A stretch of 64,000 bases of DNA from Octopus vulgaris (Eukaryota). Where the stretch lies: assembly GCA_951406725.2 (NCBI GenBank), contig OX597814.1, positions 172,546,001-172,610,000 of the forward strand. Reading direction: 5' to 3'. The translations under genes were made by a program, and so were the position numbers. The notes below the pieces were generated by a model, which saw only the letters and a program-made list of their open reading frames with translations, did no database searches and was not told the DNA's origin. Of this stretch, positions 12,900 to 26,192 are shown one piece after another; the first letter of the stretch is position 1; every line of letters begins with the position of its first letter.

Positions 12900-14720
12900 T
12901 AGGCTGTGTTCTACATATCAGTAAAGAATGAGATAGTGGAGAGGTGTTTTGCACCCATTTGGAACTAAATTACCTACGTAGGACGTGGGATAAGGAGCGT
13001 CACAGTGGAAACGCAGTTCGAAAATGCTAATATAGCAAAAGAGGTGTCGATAAGAACGTTGAAAAATGAAGAAATCATATTACTACCCACGTATCTTGGG
13101 AGAAGAACCGCAGAGATAACAGTGGAAGAAATACCAGCAGGATACGATGTAATGTGGATAGCGACAGCCGTAATTTACGATAGAGATGGCGATACTGCAA
13201 ATGAAGAAGAGGGAGGCAGTGAATTGAAGGTTACAGACCTTCGAGATGTTTGTAGAGGCTTCAAACGAAGTGTTGGAGACGCTGCCAGATAGAGGTTTTT
13301 TTTATTGGGGAGGGGCTGAGCGTCAGAGTCCCGGTCGAGGGACGTAGGCCTCGGTGCTTCAAGTGCTGAGAAAAGCGCTACGTCCGCTCAGAACGCGAGA
13401 AAAGGAAACAAAAAGAGTGAAGGCCCTCCTCAAAAAGGGAGAGAAAAAAGCAGAGAAAGTAGAAGAAAAGGAAGAAAAAGAGAAGCAAAATACCCAAGAG
13501 AAAAAAAGTACAACACTTGTAGCAGAAGAAGACATGAATTTTACTATGGTCGTATCACACAAAAGAAAAAAGGCCCAAGCCCCAGACTCCCCTCCCCAAA
13601 CAAATAAAACAAACAAAAACACTACAGAGACGTGAAAAAATCCCCACTCCACTCCCAATTTAAAAGCCTTTGTTCCCCCACCAAAAAAAAAAAAAAAATA
13701 AATAATTAGGTTCAACGAAAAAATCGCTGTGTTAGCAAGAGCAATTCGAGCGTATCATAAGGCTCGTGTATATAAAGCAATAAAAGACCTGCCACGTAAC
13801 ATCATTGTGGCTAGAATGGATGCGGAGTTGTTCCAAGGGTTCGGGAGAGGTACCCCAATGACATTCATGATGTAAGCCAGGAGATAGCAGGCAAAATTTT
13901 ACTTTTTGCTGAGCGGCTACACCGCAGAAAGAAAAGGATGGGGAGTTGCCGAATTCGTGCAGTCCTCCTCAAACTTAAAATGTAAGTAAACTTTTACCAT
14001 GGAGATTAAGTTAGGGTGTATAAATGCGCGTGGCCTGGGGTCGAAATGGAAACAAACTTGTCTCCTGAACGACCTTAGGTCACTGGATGTCCACTAAATT
14101 GTCCAGGCATGGAATATCAGTGCCACCGGCGTGCCCAAGGTGCGCGCAGGACAATGAAGCCGTCTCGCGCGCTCTTGTACAGTGCCCGGAGTTTTCGGGC
14201 TTGATAATTTACGTAGAACACATGTTGTCGCATCTAGGAAGAGTACAGCTATCAGCTGAGTATGTGATAAAGATTATACCGCCAACGGGACTACCAAAGG
14301 AAGATGAGGCATGCTTTTTGTGTTGAATGAGTGTATGTGGAGAACTAGAATTCAAGGACTCGTGACAGGATCTTTCATCTCCGGCCCTGGCCTGCTGTAT
14401 TCAGATATCATCTGAAGAGCAAGTTAAGGCTGGAGAGGAGACGCCTGTCGTGAAGTATATTCGAGAAAAGATGGAAGGATGTAACAAGGAAGTTGAGCGT
14501 GATTGAACCTACTTAATCTCATTCTTGGTAAAAGCAAGGTGTAGTCGCTGGACTTCACGGTCATGGTTTATCTGTAAAAGGTACAAAAATGTTTAAATAT
14601 TATATTCACTATCCGATTTTTAAAAAAACATTTTAATATGAACTCATAATCGCTCTATTTGTTTGTAATGTCCTGTACTGTCCTTTTCTGTATACAATAT
14701 TAATGATCATAATAAAGAAT
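12900..14720 (+). mobile_element. Tx1/L1-clade non-LTR retrotransposon with most of ORF2 deleted
   Basis: ORF1 relic with zinc knuckle EGRRPRCFKC*EKRYVRSE (about 13337) and Lys/Glu-rich tail; ORF2 start MEIKLGCINARGL (13999, APE N-terminus) joined within about 100 bp to C-terminal CPRCAQDNEAVSRALVQC; AATAAA near 14711. Confidence 0.78.
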
Positions 14721-14965
14721 CATCTCTTAGATACGTCTCATTGACAAGAGTCAAAAGACTCAAAACGTCGATGCCTGAGATTCCTAACGGATGGCGACAC
14801 TGACGTACTAGTGTTTTCACACCTTTTTACCATAAGGGAAATTTTTTCTCCTCGGTAACTGCCTTTAGCAGTTGAAATATATGACAAACATATTTCAACT
14901 AACCTATATATATATATAAGTATATGTATGTATGGATTTATATATATATATATATATGTATGTAT

Positions 14966-14996
<31 letters not shown>

Positions 14997-15023
14997 CATA
15001 CATACATACATACATACATACAT

Positions 15024-15096
<73 letters not shown>

Positions 15097-15780
15097 GTCG
15101 AATACACATACACGAGATGCGTGTTGTTAGTCTGACGGGCGGCTACGTTTTTCATGCGTAACAGAATATAATTTCAATGCCCTTGGTGTATAAACAGCCA
15201 AAAGCAGGTCATATACATGACAAGCTTCTTTCAGTTTCCATCTTCCAAATCCTCTTACAAGGCTTTGGTAGCCCAACCTACCGTACAATGGAACTGAACC
15301 CAAGATCTCATAGTTGGGAAGCAGGTTTCTTACTACACAGCCTCACCAACACTTATATTTACACATTTAAAATTGAATTAGCCACAAGCAGGGTTATTGG
15401 TTTATTACCTAAACTACAAGACATATTTCTTTAAATTTATTTTCCGTGGTGCTGGCGAAGGAAGTTTCAATGTGATACCTCAACTTGCGAGTAACATCGG
15501 CCAAATATCTCTCGGATTTCTTGACACCGTCTTTTTTTTTTCTGAAAGACTTATATAGTCTTATATGAACTGTATACGTAAAAGTATGTAGGATAGTCTT
15601 AACTGGAACACTTTTGATCACAGTTCTCTTTTCTCTTTATTATAGGCATAAGGCCTGAATACAGAGGGGACATACAACTGACATGCGAGACATAAAGACG
15701 AATGGAAAATGATAATGAAATGAACATAATTATGATGCAAATGAGACAGCCATCTCGCCCCCACTACGAGACTAACCGTG

Positions 15781-15875
15781 AAAACCTTTACAATTAAACT
15801 TTACAATTAACTTTACAAATACACTTTACGATTAAACTTTACAATTAACTTTACAAATACACTTTACAATTAGAC
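15781..15875. repeat. Short tandem array of ACTTTACAA(T) units with a ~38-bp higher-order duplication
   Basis: AAACTTTACAATTAACTTTACAAATACACTTTAC occurs twice in tandem. Confidence 0.8.
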
Positions 15876-16269
15876 TTAACCACCTCTAATTTCGCTACAA
15901 TGCGAAACCGTGACCTTTCCTTTCGTTTCCTTGCCTTTAAAATGAACGTTCATATGTGTCCTTTTTTTCAATAAAAATGTAACTTTTTTTTAAAACATTT
16001 AAATACTTGTTTGTTCATCAATTCATTTTACATTATTTCTTCTTTTTGTTTACAATAATTTACAATGTTCATGTGATTTCTTTCAGTTATAGATTTTTTC
16101 CACAATTTTATATACTTACCGTTCTTCAACCTATCTCATCATGTTTTACTTCGTGTTTTTGTTTTCCTCGTAGTTTCTTCCTTTTTGATCATAGTTCTGT
16201 CCGAAGAGAGTCGGCCTCGGAATAAACTACTATAATAGCTATAACCCACAATACACTACTTCTAACTTA

Positions 16270-16780
16270 TCAGCCATCCGACAGGTGTATTCCCTTCTGT
16301 CTAGGGGTCGGCTTGACAAGACTCCTCAGTTCATTCTCTGTTGTGCTGAAAGAATACAATCAGTACGGCTCTTGATTCGAGATCATTCTTTGATGTCTTC
16401 AGTCTACAAACGTCTTCCCCTCCACCCTTGTTAACCTGCAAAATCTAATTTTCAGTCAATTATGATTTTCTTTGTTCTTCTAAGCAATACCGACTATCCA
16501 TATGTTTGATATTTCTTTTAGTTCCTTCAGACGTATCAATTGTCCATTATACTTCTTTCTCGTGTTCTTGGCATCTGTTTAGCTCCAACACACCACCTAC
16601 ATTTCCTTTTATTTTAATTTTCATCGTTTAAATTATTCATACAATCATTAGATTGCCACTGCGTTCTAACAAGGACGTTAAAAAGCTTTTGCTTTCTTTT
16701 TATTTATATCAACTCGAGTACGTTTGTAATCATTTTAAAGAAATTCATAATGGTTAACTTGCGTAACGAAACATAACCCA
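16270..16780 (-). mobile_element. Very old RTE-type LINE 3' fragment
   Basis: Minus strand reads RGRRL*TEDIKE* (cf. RGRPRRRWTDDIKEW), preceded by KIIID*KL-like residues. Confidence 0.4.
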
Positions 16781-17084
16781 ACCGGAACTGAATACGCTAA
16801 ATTATTTTTATAGTAACTCCACGCCGACATACACGAAACGTACGTACACTCAGAGACACAAACATACAAGCGTACAAACATGCATATATATGAAACGAGG
16901 TATCTTGGTTTTGAATAGAAGAGACTAAAGCAGGATCAGTTAATTATGATTCCGCTCTCAGATTCACACACTTATTGTAGCGGTTTTTCATGGCCCTGTA
17001 AAAGAACTCGGAAGGTTGGCCTCCAGCCAGGCCTTTCGCAATACCCTTAAAAGCAGGAACCTTTCAGCACCTCCTGTATATATA

Positions 17085-17240
17085 CAAAAATACAATAAGA
17101 TCACAAGAACAAAGAGTAAGGATTTAGTTTGACGTGGATGCTAAGAAAAATAATTTTTGAGGTTTCAGACGTGTTCGACCTTCAGTGGAGGAAAAATGGA
17201 AGGAAAAAAGACGAAAAAATGCAAAGGAGTTGTTTTGTGG
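17085..17240 (-). mobile_element. Strongly decayed copy of hammerhead-bearing family H2
   Basis: TTAGTTTGACG...TTTTGAGGTTTCAGACG follows the layout of 40730-40800. Confidence 0.4.
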
Positions 17241-17563
17241 ATTTTAATGGAGGATTATAATTTGGTTACTATATCTATCAAGACATACTGTCGCAATTTC
17301 ACTCCTTTTCCTAGAAAGCTCCTTGTTTTGGCAAAGTAGATACTTTCACGTTCATGTAGTACTGCATATGAAGCTGCGCTGGGATATCTTACTTTAAGAA
17401 GTAGGGTATTACAAATAGTAAAATCAAGCAATTATTTGCATGGAAGATTTATGAAGTGAAGAAAAAGAAACAAAAATATTATCTACAGCCTTGACTGCTT
17501 GGTTAAAATGCCGAAAAGAGTAATGTGTGTGTGTAGATATATTTGTTTTCTGCTTTTTAGCCA

Positions 17564-17755
17564 TGTGTTGTGTATTTAAGCAAAACGCTTCACTTCACGT
17601 TCTTCCAGTCCGACTTTCAATCAGTAGTGGAATGTTGCCCTGGTCGCCTAGCCAACAGAGAAACGTCATTCGAAGGCTAAAACAATGCAAAGCGCATTGT
17701 GACCAGCGATGTGTAACAACATCTGATGGCCTGGTTGATCAGGTGATCATGTGAT
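17564..17755 (+). mobile_element. Chimeric SINE: D-type body plus RTE-type tail, 5' truncated
   Basis: AGCAAAACGCTTCACTTCACGTTCTTCCAGTCC matches the 32485-32731 body; CATTCGAAGGCTAAAACAATGC...TGTGACCAGCGATG...GTGAT matches the family C tail. Confidence 0.8.
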
Positions 17756-18054
17756 ATATATGTATACGTTATATACGTGTGTATGTGTGTACTTGGAAGC
17801 ATATTGACAGGTGGTACAGAAAGATATGCATAATAATTTGAGTTCTAATACAAGCAGTGTTACCCGTCAATATTTATACTGAATTACAAACATATGTTTC
17901 ATAAGTCAATATTTAGTTTCCCTCTGAAATAGGTACCGTGTTTCAACCAGAGATTTTTTTTTTCACCGTGGGATCTGAATCGAACCAAACAGTTTAGTTT
18001 TTTTTTCTCTGAAAGATTACTTAATACTGCTTTCCAAGTTTCTGAAAGTAAACA

Positions 18055-18890
18055 GTGTAAATGAAAGTATTTGAAATTCTAATTGAGAAATTTTTTATAT
18101 CAAAGTGAGGCTTCACAACTTGGGATTGAGATTAGTAATTTCAAAATGAGACTTTAGCTCTTAAAATGAAAGTAGAGATTCCAACGTGAAAATAAAGATT
18201 TGAACTCAAAAATACTCAATCGAAAATACGAAAGCAAAACGTCACAATATCATTTGTAATGTCAACTAATTTACTTGGTTAATCATAAGAGTGTATCCAC
18301 CAAACAAGGAAGAATAAAATTTCATTACATGTCTATAATACCTTCCAGTTATTTTTAATGATAAATACTGCTATGGCACCTAATACTGATTTTCTGAGAA
18401 TACTGTATAGTTTTAATGTGTGTGTGTGTAGCATTTATAACAGCTGCTGTATAATTTCACCACTACAGTGCAAAGCCTAGTGGAGAAAGTTTTATTTTCA
18501 TTGCACATTTTATACGCAATAAAAATAAAACTTTTATTGCATATTTTATACACAGGAATCATTCTTCTACGAGATTACGCTGAGGCGAATACTCCAGCAG
18601 ACGTTTCAAACAACAATAAAAATATCTTGAATGCAATCTTCGATCTTACGGCGAATGGGTGCATTAGTGAACATGTCAGTACAAAAAAACTACTTCATGA
18701 GAGTACAAGCACTTTAAGTCACTATAAGTTTTGTTCAAGTAAAACTCACTTTGAAATCATTAATCCCACTTTGAAGCGACATATGTTCACATTGAAATGG
18801 CTTTCTTTTGAAGTCACATGTGCTCACTTAGAATTACAAAAACTGTACTTTCATCATGAAGTCTACATTCACAGCGAAATTAATTATAAC
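18055..18890. mobile_element. Possible foldback-type element with oppositely oriented ~20-bp subrepeat arrays
   Basis: Left array of TCAAAGTGAG-like units (18095-18210), right array of CTCACTTTGA-like units (18740-18875). Confidence 0.4.
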
Positions 18891-18966
18891 TGTACTAAAT
18901 ATATAGATATAACATACTATGTGTACTAATACATATGTGAGGAACTATGTAGTAAATAAATATATG

Positions 18967-19043
<77 letters not shown>

Positions 19044-19159
19044 GTATATATATATATATGTATGTATACAGAGCGAGAGAGAGAGAGGCAAATAAACAGA
19101 CAGATTAGCAGGTAGACAGACAGACATACAGACAGACAGACAAATAGACAGACAGACAT

Positions 19160-19265
<106 letters not shown>

Positions 19266-19283
19266 TGCATTAACACACAACTC

Positions 19284-20555
19284 TTGGGTTTGCAAGAAAG
19301 TAATTTCGTTGTTTTTTAGTGTGAAATAAAAGTTATTATTTTTTTCATGCAAAGTGTGAACTGTAATCAATTATGTATTTTCCATTTTGTTCGATGACTT
19401 TTGCCATCTTTTTGGCAACTTCATGATTCCGCGCTCATAGAACTTCTGGTCCTTAGCCAAAAACTGAAGCATGTGCGATTTCAGGTCATCAGCATTATTG
19501 AAAGTTTTACCATTTAAAGAATTTTGCAAACTTCGAAATAAATGGTAATCTGGTAGTGCAAGGTCAGTGCTATATATCGGATGTGACATCGCTTCCCAAC
19601 GAAGCTCCAATAACTTTTCACGAGTTAGCAAAGATGTGTGTGGTCTAGCGTTGTCATGGTGAAACACGATTGCTTTACGATTTGCCAATTCTGGCCGTTT
19701 TTCTTTGATTGCTTCCTCCAGTTTCACTAGTTGTTGACGGTAAACATCTGAATTGATCGTTTGGTTCCTTGGAAGCAGCTCAAAATATATAACACCTTTG
19801 TAATCCTAATTTACAGCATGACCTTTTTTTGATGCAATTCAGCTTTCAGTGCGTTTTGTACTGGTTCATTACACTTGGACCATGATCGTTTTCGATTGCT
19901 ATTATTGTAGACAATCCATTTTTCATCACCAGTGATAAGTTGTTTCAAAAAAAGGTTGATTTCATCGCGTTCGAGATGCATATTGATTCGTTGTGCTAAG
20001 TGAATCTCTTTCAAATTATGTGAAATCCAAATATCGAGCTTAGCGAGTCCAAGACATTTTAAGTGATTTTCAATTGTTGTATGTGATGCATTTAACCTCA
20101 CTGCAAACTCTCGCACAGTTATATGACAATCAGATTCAATTATGGCTTTGATTCGGTCATCATCAACTTCAGTAGGTCGACCAGAATGTTGGTCATCTTT
20201 TAGTGAAAAACCTCCAGAACGGAATTTTTTTAACCATTTCTGACATGTGTGTTCTGTTAAGCACTCAACACCATAGACTTCACATATCTTTTTGTGAGCC
20301 TCAGCAGCTTTCTTTGCCTACGGAAATAAAAAAGCGAAATGTGGCGAAAACGTTCGTTTTTGCTCTCCATGTTAAAATCGACACTGAACTAACAGCTGTG
20401 AACAAAATTACGTGCAATTTGCTTCTAAACTAATCTAAAAGTAGCAGCTATCAAATGTCAAAAGAAAAAAAATCATAACATTGACAGAAGTCATTAAAAA
20501 AAAATCGTAACTCTATCTATTTGCGAGAAACGAAATTACTTTCTTGCCAACCGAA
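19284..20555 (-). mobile_element. Full-length mariner (DD34D) DNA transposon, about 1.27 kb
   Basis: 27-bp TIRs TTGGGTTTGCAAGAAAGTAATTTCGTT (19284-19310) and AACGAAATTACTTTCTTGCCAACCGAA (20529-20555), 2 mismatches; TA on the right flank. Confidence 0.95.
19371..20370 (-). pseudogene. Mariner transposase pseudogene
   Basis: MESKNERFRHI start; ITGDEKW, HHDNARPH and YSTDLALPDYHLFRSL motifs; split by frameshifts and stops. Confidence 0.93.
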
Positions 20556-20814
20556 TAAAATACTTTTAAACAAAGAAACTAACGAAGCTTTACTGTCTTT
20601 AAATAGTAACCTAACACGATTCAAAAGGAATAATAACCGAACTAGATCTTAGACCGTTTCAAACCCATTGCTATCTACATTCTGCAATGAAGAATCTTAA
20701 AAATATTGGATTTACTTGCAATATCTCTTCTTCTTGCTTACTAATAGAAAAACAACATTCAGTTAAAACCAGCCAACGGGAGTGTTTTCTGGGGGGGGGG
20801 GGTGACAGCCGATC

Positions 20815-21005
20815 GTCTTGCTTGACTGCGAGAAATATATCTCAAATTTGCCTCAAACCACACCTTAGCCTAAAAAAATATGGAAAACATTCAATAATGT
20901 AGCCTACAGTGCATCGCCATCGTTTGTGAATGAGATGCAATGATCACCGCTTTGATCGTAGAGTCTGCTAAGTCTGGCTGGTTTGAGTATAAATAACTGC
21001 AATAA
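20815..21005 (+). repeat. Old interspersed repeat (GAAATAGCAGCCAAATCT-like family)
   Basis: Similar degenerate motif near 22485 and 51490 and, inverted, near 10940 and 49230. Confidence 0.4.
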
Positions 21006-21681
21006 CAAGCTTTCGTTAAAATGCACGGTCAGCAGAAATGCATTTTACTTGAAATATTGACGCCGACTGAGCAGAAACGTTTTGCGTTTAATCCACATCG
21101 AACCTGACTGTCTATTGTTTCTGAAGGGAGAACAATATTTAATACGGCAGGTCATGTAGGTCTACTAAAGACATGAATGTCCGAGCTATTTTGCTTTACA
21201 ATTTCCCTTTTTCTCTGCAGTTCTTGTTCATGTTCTCTCTCCCTCTCCTCTTTCTTCCTCCTCCTTTCTCTCTCTCTCTTTCTCCTTCCTCATCTCTCTC
21301 CGTCTCTCTCTCTCTCTCTCTTTCTCTTTGGAAATCTTTTTCCCCCATATCCATCTCGGAGATGCTGTGCTGCTGTGTGTGCTGTTCCACAGAGAGTTTT
21401 TACAATAACAAGAGAACATAACCTGGAGCATTATAATTGCATTATTGCTTTCGCTATATTCATTAATCTAATCACAAACGACTTTCGGTTAAAGAAACCT
21501 GATACAAGACCTTAATATATCAATTATCCAATCAAACCTGAGGAGCACGTATAAAGCTACGTATCACTTTTTCGCTTGAAACCTAAAATCTTCTCAGGCT
21601 TCTTTTCTCGCTGAGTCATAAAACTAACGAGATATTTTTTACTCTCTTTAACTCTTTCATTCCATTCCACTCTCTCTCACA

Positions 21682-21725
<44 letters not shown>

Positions 21726-22861
21726 TTTCTTTTCTTTTCGGTGTATTTTTTGTTAAATTTATGTATTTATTATTATTGTTTTTAACGATTTTCTCCTCTT
21801 TTTATTACGATGCCGGGGAAATAAAGCTCCTTAAAAGTCAGCGTTGTCCAACGATGATATAAAATGCAAAATTCATTTAACTATCGCAAAAACGAAAAAG
21901 CAAACAAGAAGAATACCAGCACCCACCCACCCACCCATCTACTCATCTGTTCATATGGATGAGGAGAGAAGATTAAAGAAGATTAATACAAAAATCAACA
22001 ACAAAATCATTAGCTTCAGAAAGAGACTTTTTCAAGGACACCGTTACCAAATATATGATAGTTATTTTTATGGTTCGGCCATGCACCAAATAAAATATAT
22101 ATAACCCGAAGCTATACTGTTCTATAATCAAATAACACAATCATAACAAAACAAGAAAAATAAAATTTTAAAAAATAAGCTAGAGGAAGGGAAAAAAGAA
22201 AAGAGTTTAAAATAAACTTAATTTCATTGTTGTTTGCGTTTTTTTCCCTATATATTTCTTATCGTCATCAACGATTCCTTTCATTGTATTCCTGTTGTTT
22301 TTGTTGTTAGTTATTGTCACTATTGTCAACGCTGTCGTTAAAATAGAATTATTTCGTGGAAGCAAGACAATCAAATAACTCTAAGAATCACAGGTTGTGG
22401 CTTCTATATCTCTAGCACCACCAATATGCTAACCTATATGTAGAAAGCTGAAAGAACCACCCCACGCCCTATCTGTGCGCTCAAACTGCAAGAAATAGTG
22501 GCTAAATCTCTCTCATATAATATCCTGCTGTCTTTTTTTCTTAACAAAAGTGTTGAGACATATTAGCTAATGTAGTTTGATGAATATTACGTCTGAAAAG
22601 ACGTGATGGTTATAGCCTTTGATCTTAAGTTTATTCGATCAGGGTTGACTTAAGGTTAAATATGTACAACGAGTTCACATCACAGCCACGTGGATGGTTC
22701 CTAGTCTGATTACTGTACGTTGTACGTACTTTAAGCAAGTGTCTTCTATCGTGACTTCAGGTGTATCAAAGCCTTGTGTGTTTGTTTGCGTATGTGTGTG
22801 CATGTATGTATGTATGTATGTTTGTATGTATGCATGCATTTATATATATATGTATACATAT

Positions 22862-22995
22862 ACAACAACTGGAGCAAAAACACATACAGGAGTGGTGATG
22901 TGAAACGCCTCACGCTGAAGAAATCAGAAAGACAACGGTGGTGCTCCAGCATGACACCGTAGCCGCATGGCTGAAACGAGTAAAAGAATAGAATA
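22862..22995 (+). mobile_element. 5'-truncated 3' end of the CR1-like LINE
   Basis: CATACAGGAGTGGTGATGTGAAAC...GAAATCAGAAAGAC...GTGCTCCAGCATGAC matches 55681-55779. Confidence 0.85.
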
Positions 22996-23046
22996 ATGTG
23001 TATGTGTGTGTGTGTATGTGTGTGTGTGTATGTGTGTGTGTGTGTG

Positions 23047-23115
<69 letters not shown>

Positions 23116-23661
23116 AACGACCCTACATGTTTGTTTTCGTTCGGTTTCCTTGTATGTTTCCACTGTCTTGTTTTTGTTCCCAACTTTGACCCTCCAAAAC
23201 TCTAAAATTTTGTTTTGGTACTTATGGGGGCAACTGTCTTCGAAGACTCATATTGTCGCTGATTGCGCGAAATGAGGAGTAGATAGACAACCAACAACTG
23301 ATGAAGGATTGTTCTATGTATTATTTGTCCTGTTTTCCATTTTTCTCTAGTTGTTTGCGTATTTAATTCGTTTGTTTTCATATTTCATGATGTTTACTGT
23401 TGGTGACGTCCTGTACCCATATATGCATGTAAGTATATATATATAGAAGACAAAATAGAGTGAAAAAGTCTACAGAAGGCTTGTGTTATATGGTTAAAGA
23501 ATATTTTTTAATCATTATGTTAGAAAAACGTTAGAAAAGTTTGCGTATAGTAACATTGTCTTTGGAGAAATAACTGGTTTCATATTTTCTTTTCAAATTT
23601 CTCAAACTTCTTTACCTATATTGTGTCATGTCTTCGCTATGTTGTGAAATATGAAGTCCCA

Positions 23662-23862
23662 GACATCCTCTCAAAAGGGTTTAAATTCACCCCAGCTCCA
23701 CGCAGAGCCAACCAAAATGTAGAAAAGTAAGACTCACAGAAGCATTAGCCAATTACAATACTGAAGATGACTCACTAGTCAAAAACAAAAGTGAACACAT
23801 CCCCCACAAAGGAAGAAATATAAATCTTGATGAATTCTGCAACCACATTGTGAAATATCCAT
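23662..23862 (+). pseudogene. Penelope-like element ORF N-terminal fragment
   Basis: DILSKGFKFTPAP...VRLTEALANYNTEDDSLVKNKSEHIPHKGRNINLDEFCNHI (one frameshift), matching the LxKGLKFxPTP...KSxFxP...LD pattern upstream of PLE reverse transcriptases. Confidence 0.68.
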
Positions 23863-24221
23863 AGACAAACAGTTAACTCAAACTCTAGCTCTAGACAATG
23901 GAAGGAACTAACAGAACGTTTTTCGAACAAAGAAAGAAAAAATTAGTGAAACGAGACAGGCAACATATTTGTTTCTTTCGTTGTTCTAAGAAAAAGTTCG
24001 TTTTCCATGTTTTTGCTTTTCATGTTCTCGTTTCTCATTTTGCTCACGTTTTCTTGATGTCCTGTACCCATATGTGCATGTATATATACATATATATGTA
24101 GGTATGTACATATATGTATATATATATATGCATACATATATTATTTATATTATTTATATTATCATATGATCGAATGCCACGCATCCATTTCCAAGTATAT
24201 ATACATATATATATATTATGC

Positions 24222-24426
24222 GACCGCGTGTGTATCGTTGGCGATTTTCTTTCTCCCTCTTCCCTTCTTTGGACATTTCCTTTTTTCTATATTTCTGATG
24301 AAGAGCTCTGCTCGAAACGTTAAATCCTCCTTCTTTCTTTCATTTCCTGACCGTCCAGTAACACTATACTTGTTCCACGTCCGCGCGCTGTTGTGTTTTC
24401 TCTTTGTTCATGTTTGGATTATTTAC

Positions 24427-24428
<2 letters not shown>
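24222..24428 (+). mobile_element. Short Penelope-type element, local family H1, with minimal hammerhead motif
   Basis: Homologous to 26929-27135 (opposite strand); ends in (TA)n. Confidence 0.75.
24291..24325 (+). ncRNA. Minimal type I hammerhead ribozyme motif (intact core)
   Basis: ATTT-CTGATGA-A-GAGC(TCT)GCTC-GAAACGTT-AAAT: stem I ATTT/AAAT, 4-bp stem II, palindromic ACGT stem III. Confidence 0.7.
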
Positions 24429-24509
<81 letters not shown>

Positions 24510-24763
24510 AATAATGAAGTTAAATCAATAATATTTTGAAGTTACTATAAAGTCATTTAATATGTACGTTTCAGGTTTGCATAACATATAACTAGAAATG
24601 CATAATTTCAAAACATGAAGCAATAGGTGGAAATATTTATATATATATGGTCAGAACAGTAATTGGCTTCTACGTTAGGCGGATGTATACGAATATAGAG
24701 GTGGGAGAAAGAAGAGGTAGTTAAACGCCGATTAATTCGTTAATATTGGGGCCGAAGTAACGT

Positions 24764-25519
24764 TATATGGGAGTTCTAGCGTCCATAACAGGCGGCTCTC
24801 GTCTGCTACGATTTATGGTTGTGCTTTTATGCACCAAGTGCCGGTATGAGAGGATCTCACAGGGCTAATAACAATCTATTCCGCGTTCTAACAAGCGATC
24901 TACGTTAAGGTGGATGACGGGATTGCTTTTTGATACTAATACAGATTTCGTTGGTAATAATTAATTTTGGTACTTTTTGGTTATCTCACACCCATTAAAA
25001 AATGGGTTATCTCCCCACGTTTTATGAGAAATTTCGGTACTTCATGTTATCTCCCTCAACTAAAAAAATTGTTTAACCCCCAATAAAAAAAAAAGTGAAA
25101 AGATGAATCTGATAAATTCTTTATAACAAATCATACAAAACTCAAAAGATTAATAAACTCGAAAACTGAAAAAATTAAACATTCTATTGAATCTGATAAC
25201 ATTTTATAACAAATCATACCATGCCTATTAAGGAGACGAAACGTCAACAATGTGAAATAACCAAAAGGTACCTTAATTTTTAATAAGCGACATCACTGTC
25301 TGGAAAGATGCTGATATTCTATATATCGTGACAGCGAGATCTGTTTGGTATTCTGGTATTCAGTAACCGGATGCCTGCTACTGATGAGCTCCAAGTAATG
25401 GAAATTACTTGATATGGGAGTTTCGGCATCATTAAAAGACGATACTCATTTACTACGATTTATGTATGTTCTTTTATGCACCATGCGCTTATATGGTCGG
25501 ATCTCTCAAGGTCAATAAC
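24764..25519. repeat. Diverged ~108-bp direct repeat pair (24764-24871, 25412-25519) in a probable TE relic
   Basis: ATATGGGAGTT...CTACGATTTATG...CTTTTATGCACCA...GGATCTC...AATAAC in both copies. Confidence 0.7.
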
Positions 25520-25996
25520 GCAGTATTAGAATACATATACATATATACGAACATCCACGCATATACGAATTTATGCGTATGTGTGCACTCGCGTGAACAT
25601 GTGGGTGCATACGTGTGTGTGTGTGTGACTAAGTACTTTCAGACTTTGGATACACTGGAATAGTAAGGCAACCTTCAGTGAATCCGAATCCCTTTACCAG
25701 ACTGCGATCATGCCGAAATAGTGTCACGAATGACTGGAACGATCCTATAGTGGTCAGTTTTCATTCTGGTCTGGTGCTAAGTTTATTGCACTCCATTTGT
25801 TGAATCGATAATTTACGGGATATGAACGTGGACAACCGCTGAACCAGTGAAAACAAAGACAGACGGGGACAGAAATACACCTATCTACATATATGCATAG
25901 ATGTATACAAACTTATACGCATGCGCATACACACACACACACACTCTCTCTCCCTCTCTCCCTCTCCCTCTCTCTTGCATAAAAATTCACTTATAT

Positions 25997-26192
25997 TGTT
26001 ATATCGCAATACTACACAGTGGCTGTGTGAGCTACGAAATCCTTGTCGCCACTATTATATCGCACGGTCTGATGATCTCTACTCAACACGACTCTACTCT
26101 CTACTCTGTTCTAGTCTTAACGTCAAGGCTTCTCCCTCTATATCTACGTATTGGGCTAGCCTACTTTATCGTCTGGGGGCGTCCACACAACA
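25997..26192 (-). mobile_element. Possible collapsed Gypsy-type LTR retrotransposon remnant with PBS
   Basis: Minus strand TGTTG...GCGATATAATA then GTGGCGACAAGGAT (TGGCGACGAGGA-like PBS), then a second GCGATATAACA end; flanks TATAT/CATAT. Confidence 0.42.

Noticed and set aside
18468-18929. 153-aa non-microsatellite ORF
   Set aside because: GTG start, no recognisable domain, overlaps a degenerate repeat array
23295-23312. Isolated CTGATGA/CTGAAGA/CTGACGA words (also near 3831, 26069, 36097)
   Set aside because: No stem II plus GAAA partner found, so not counted as hammerheads
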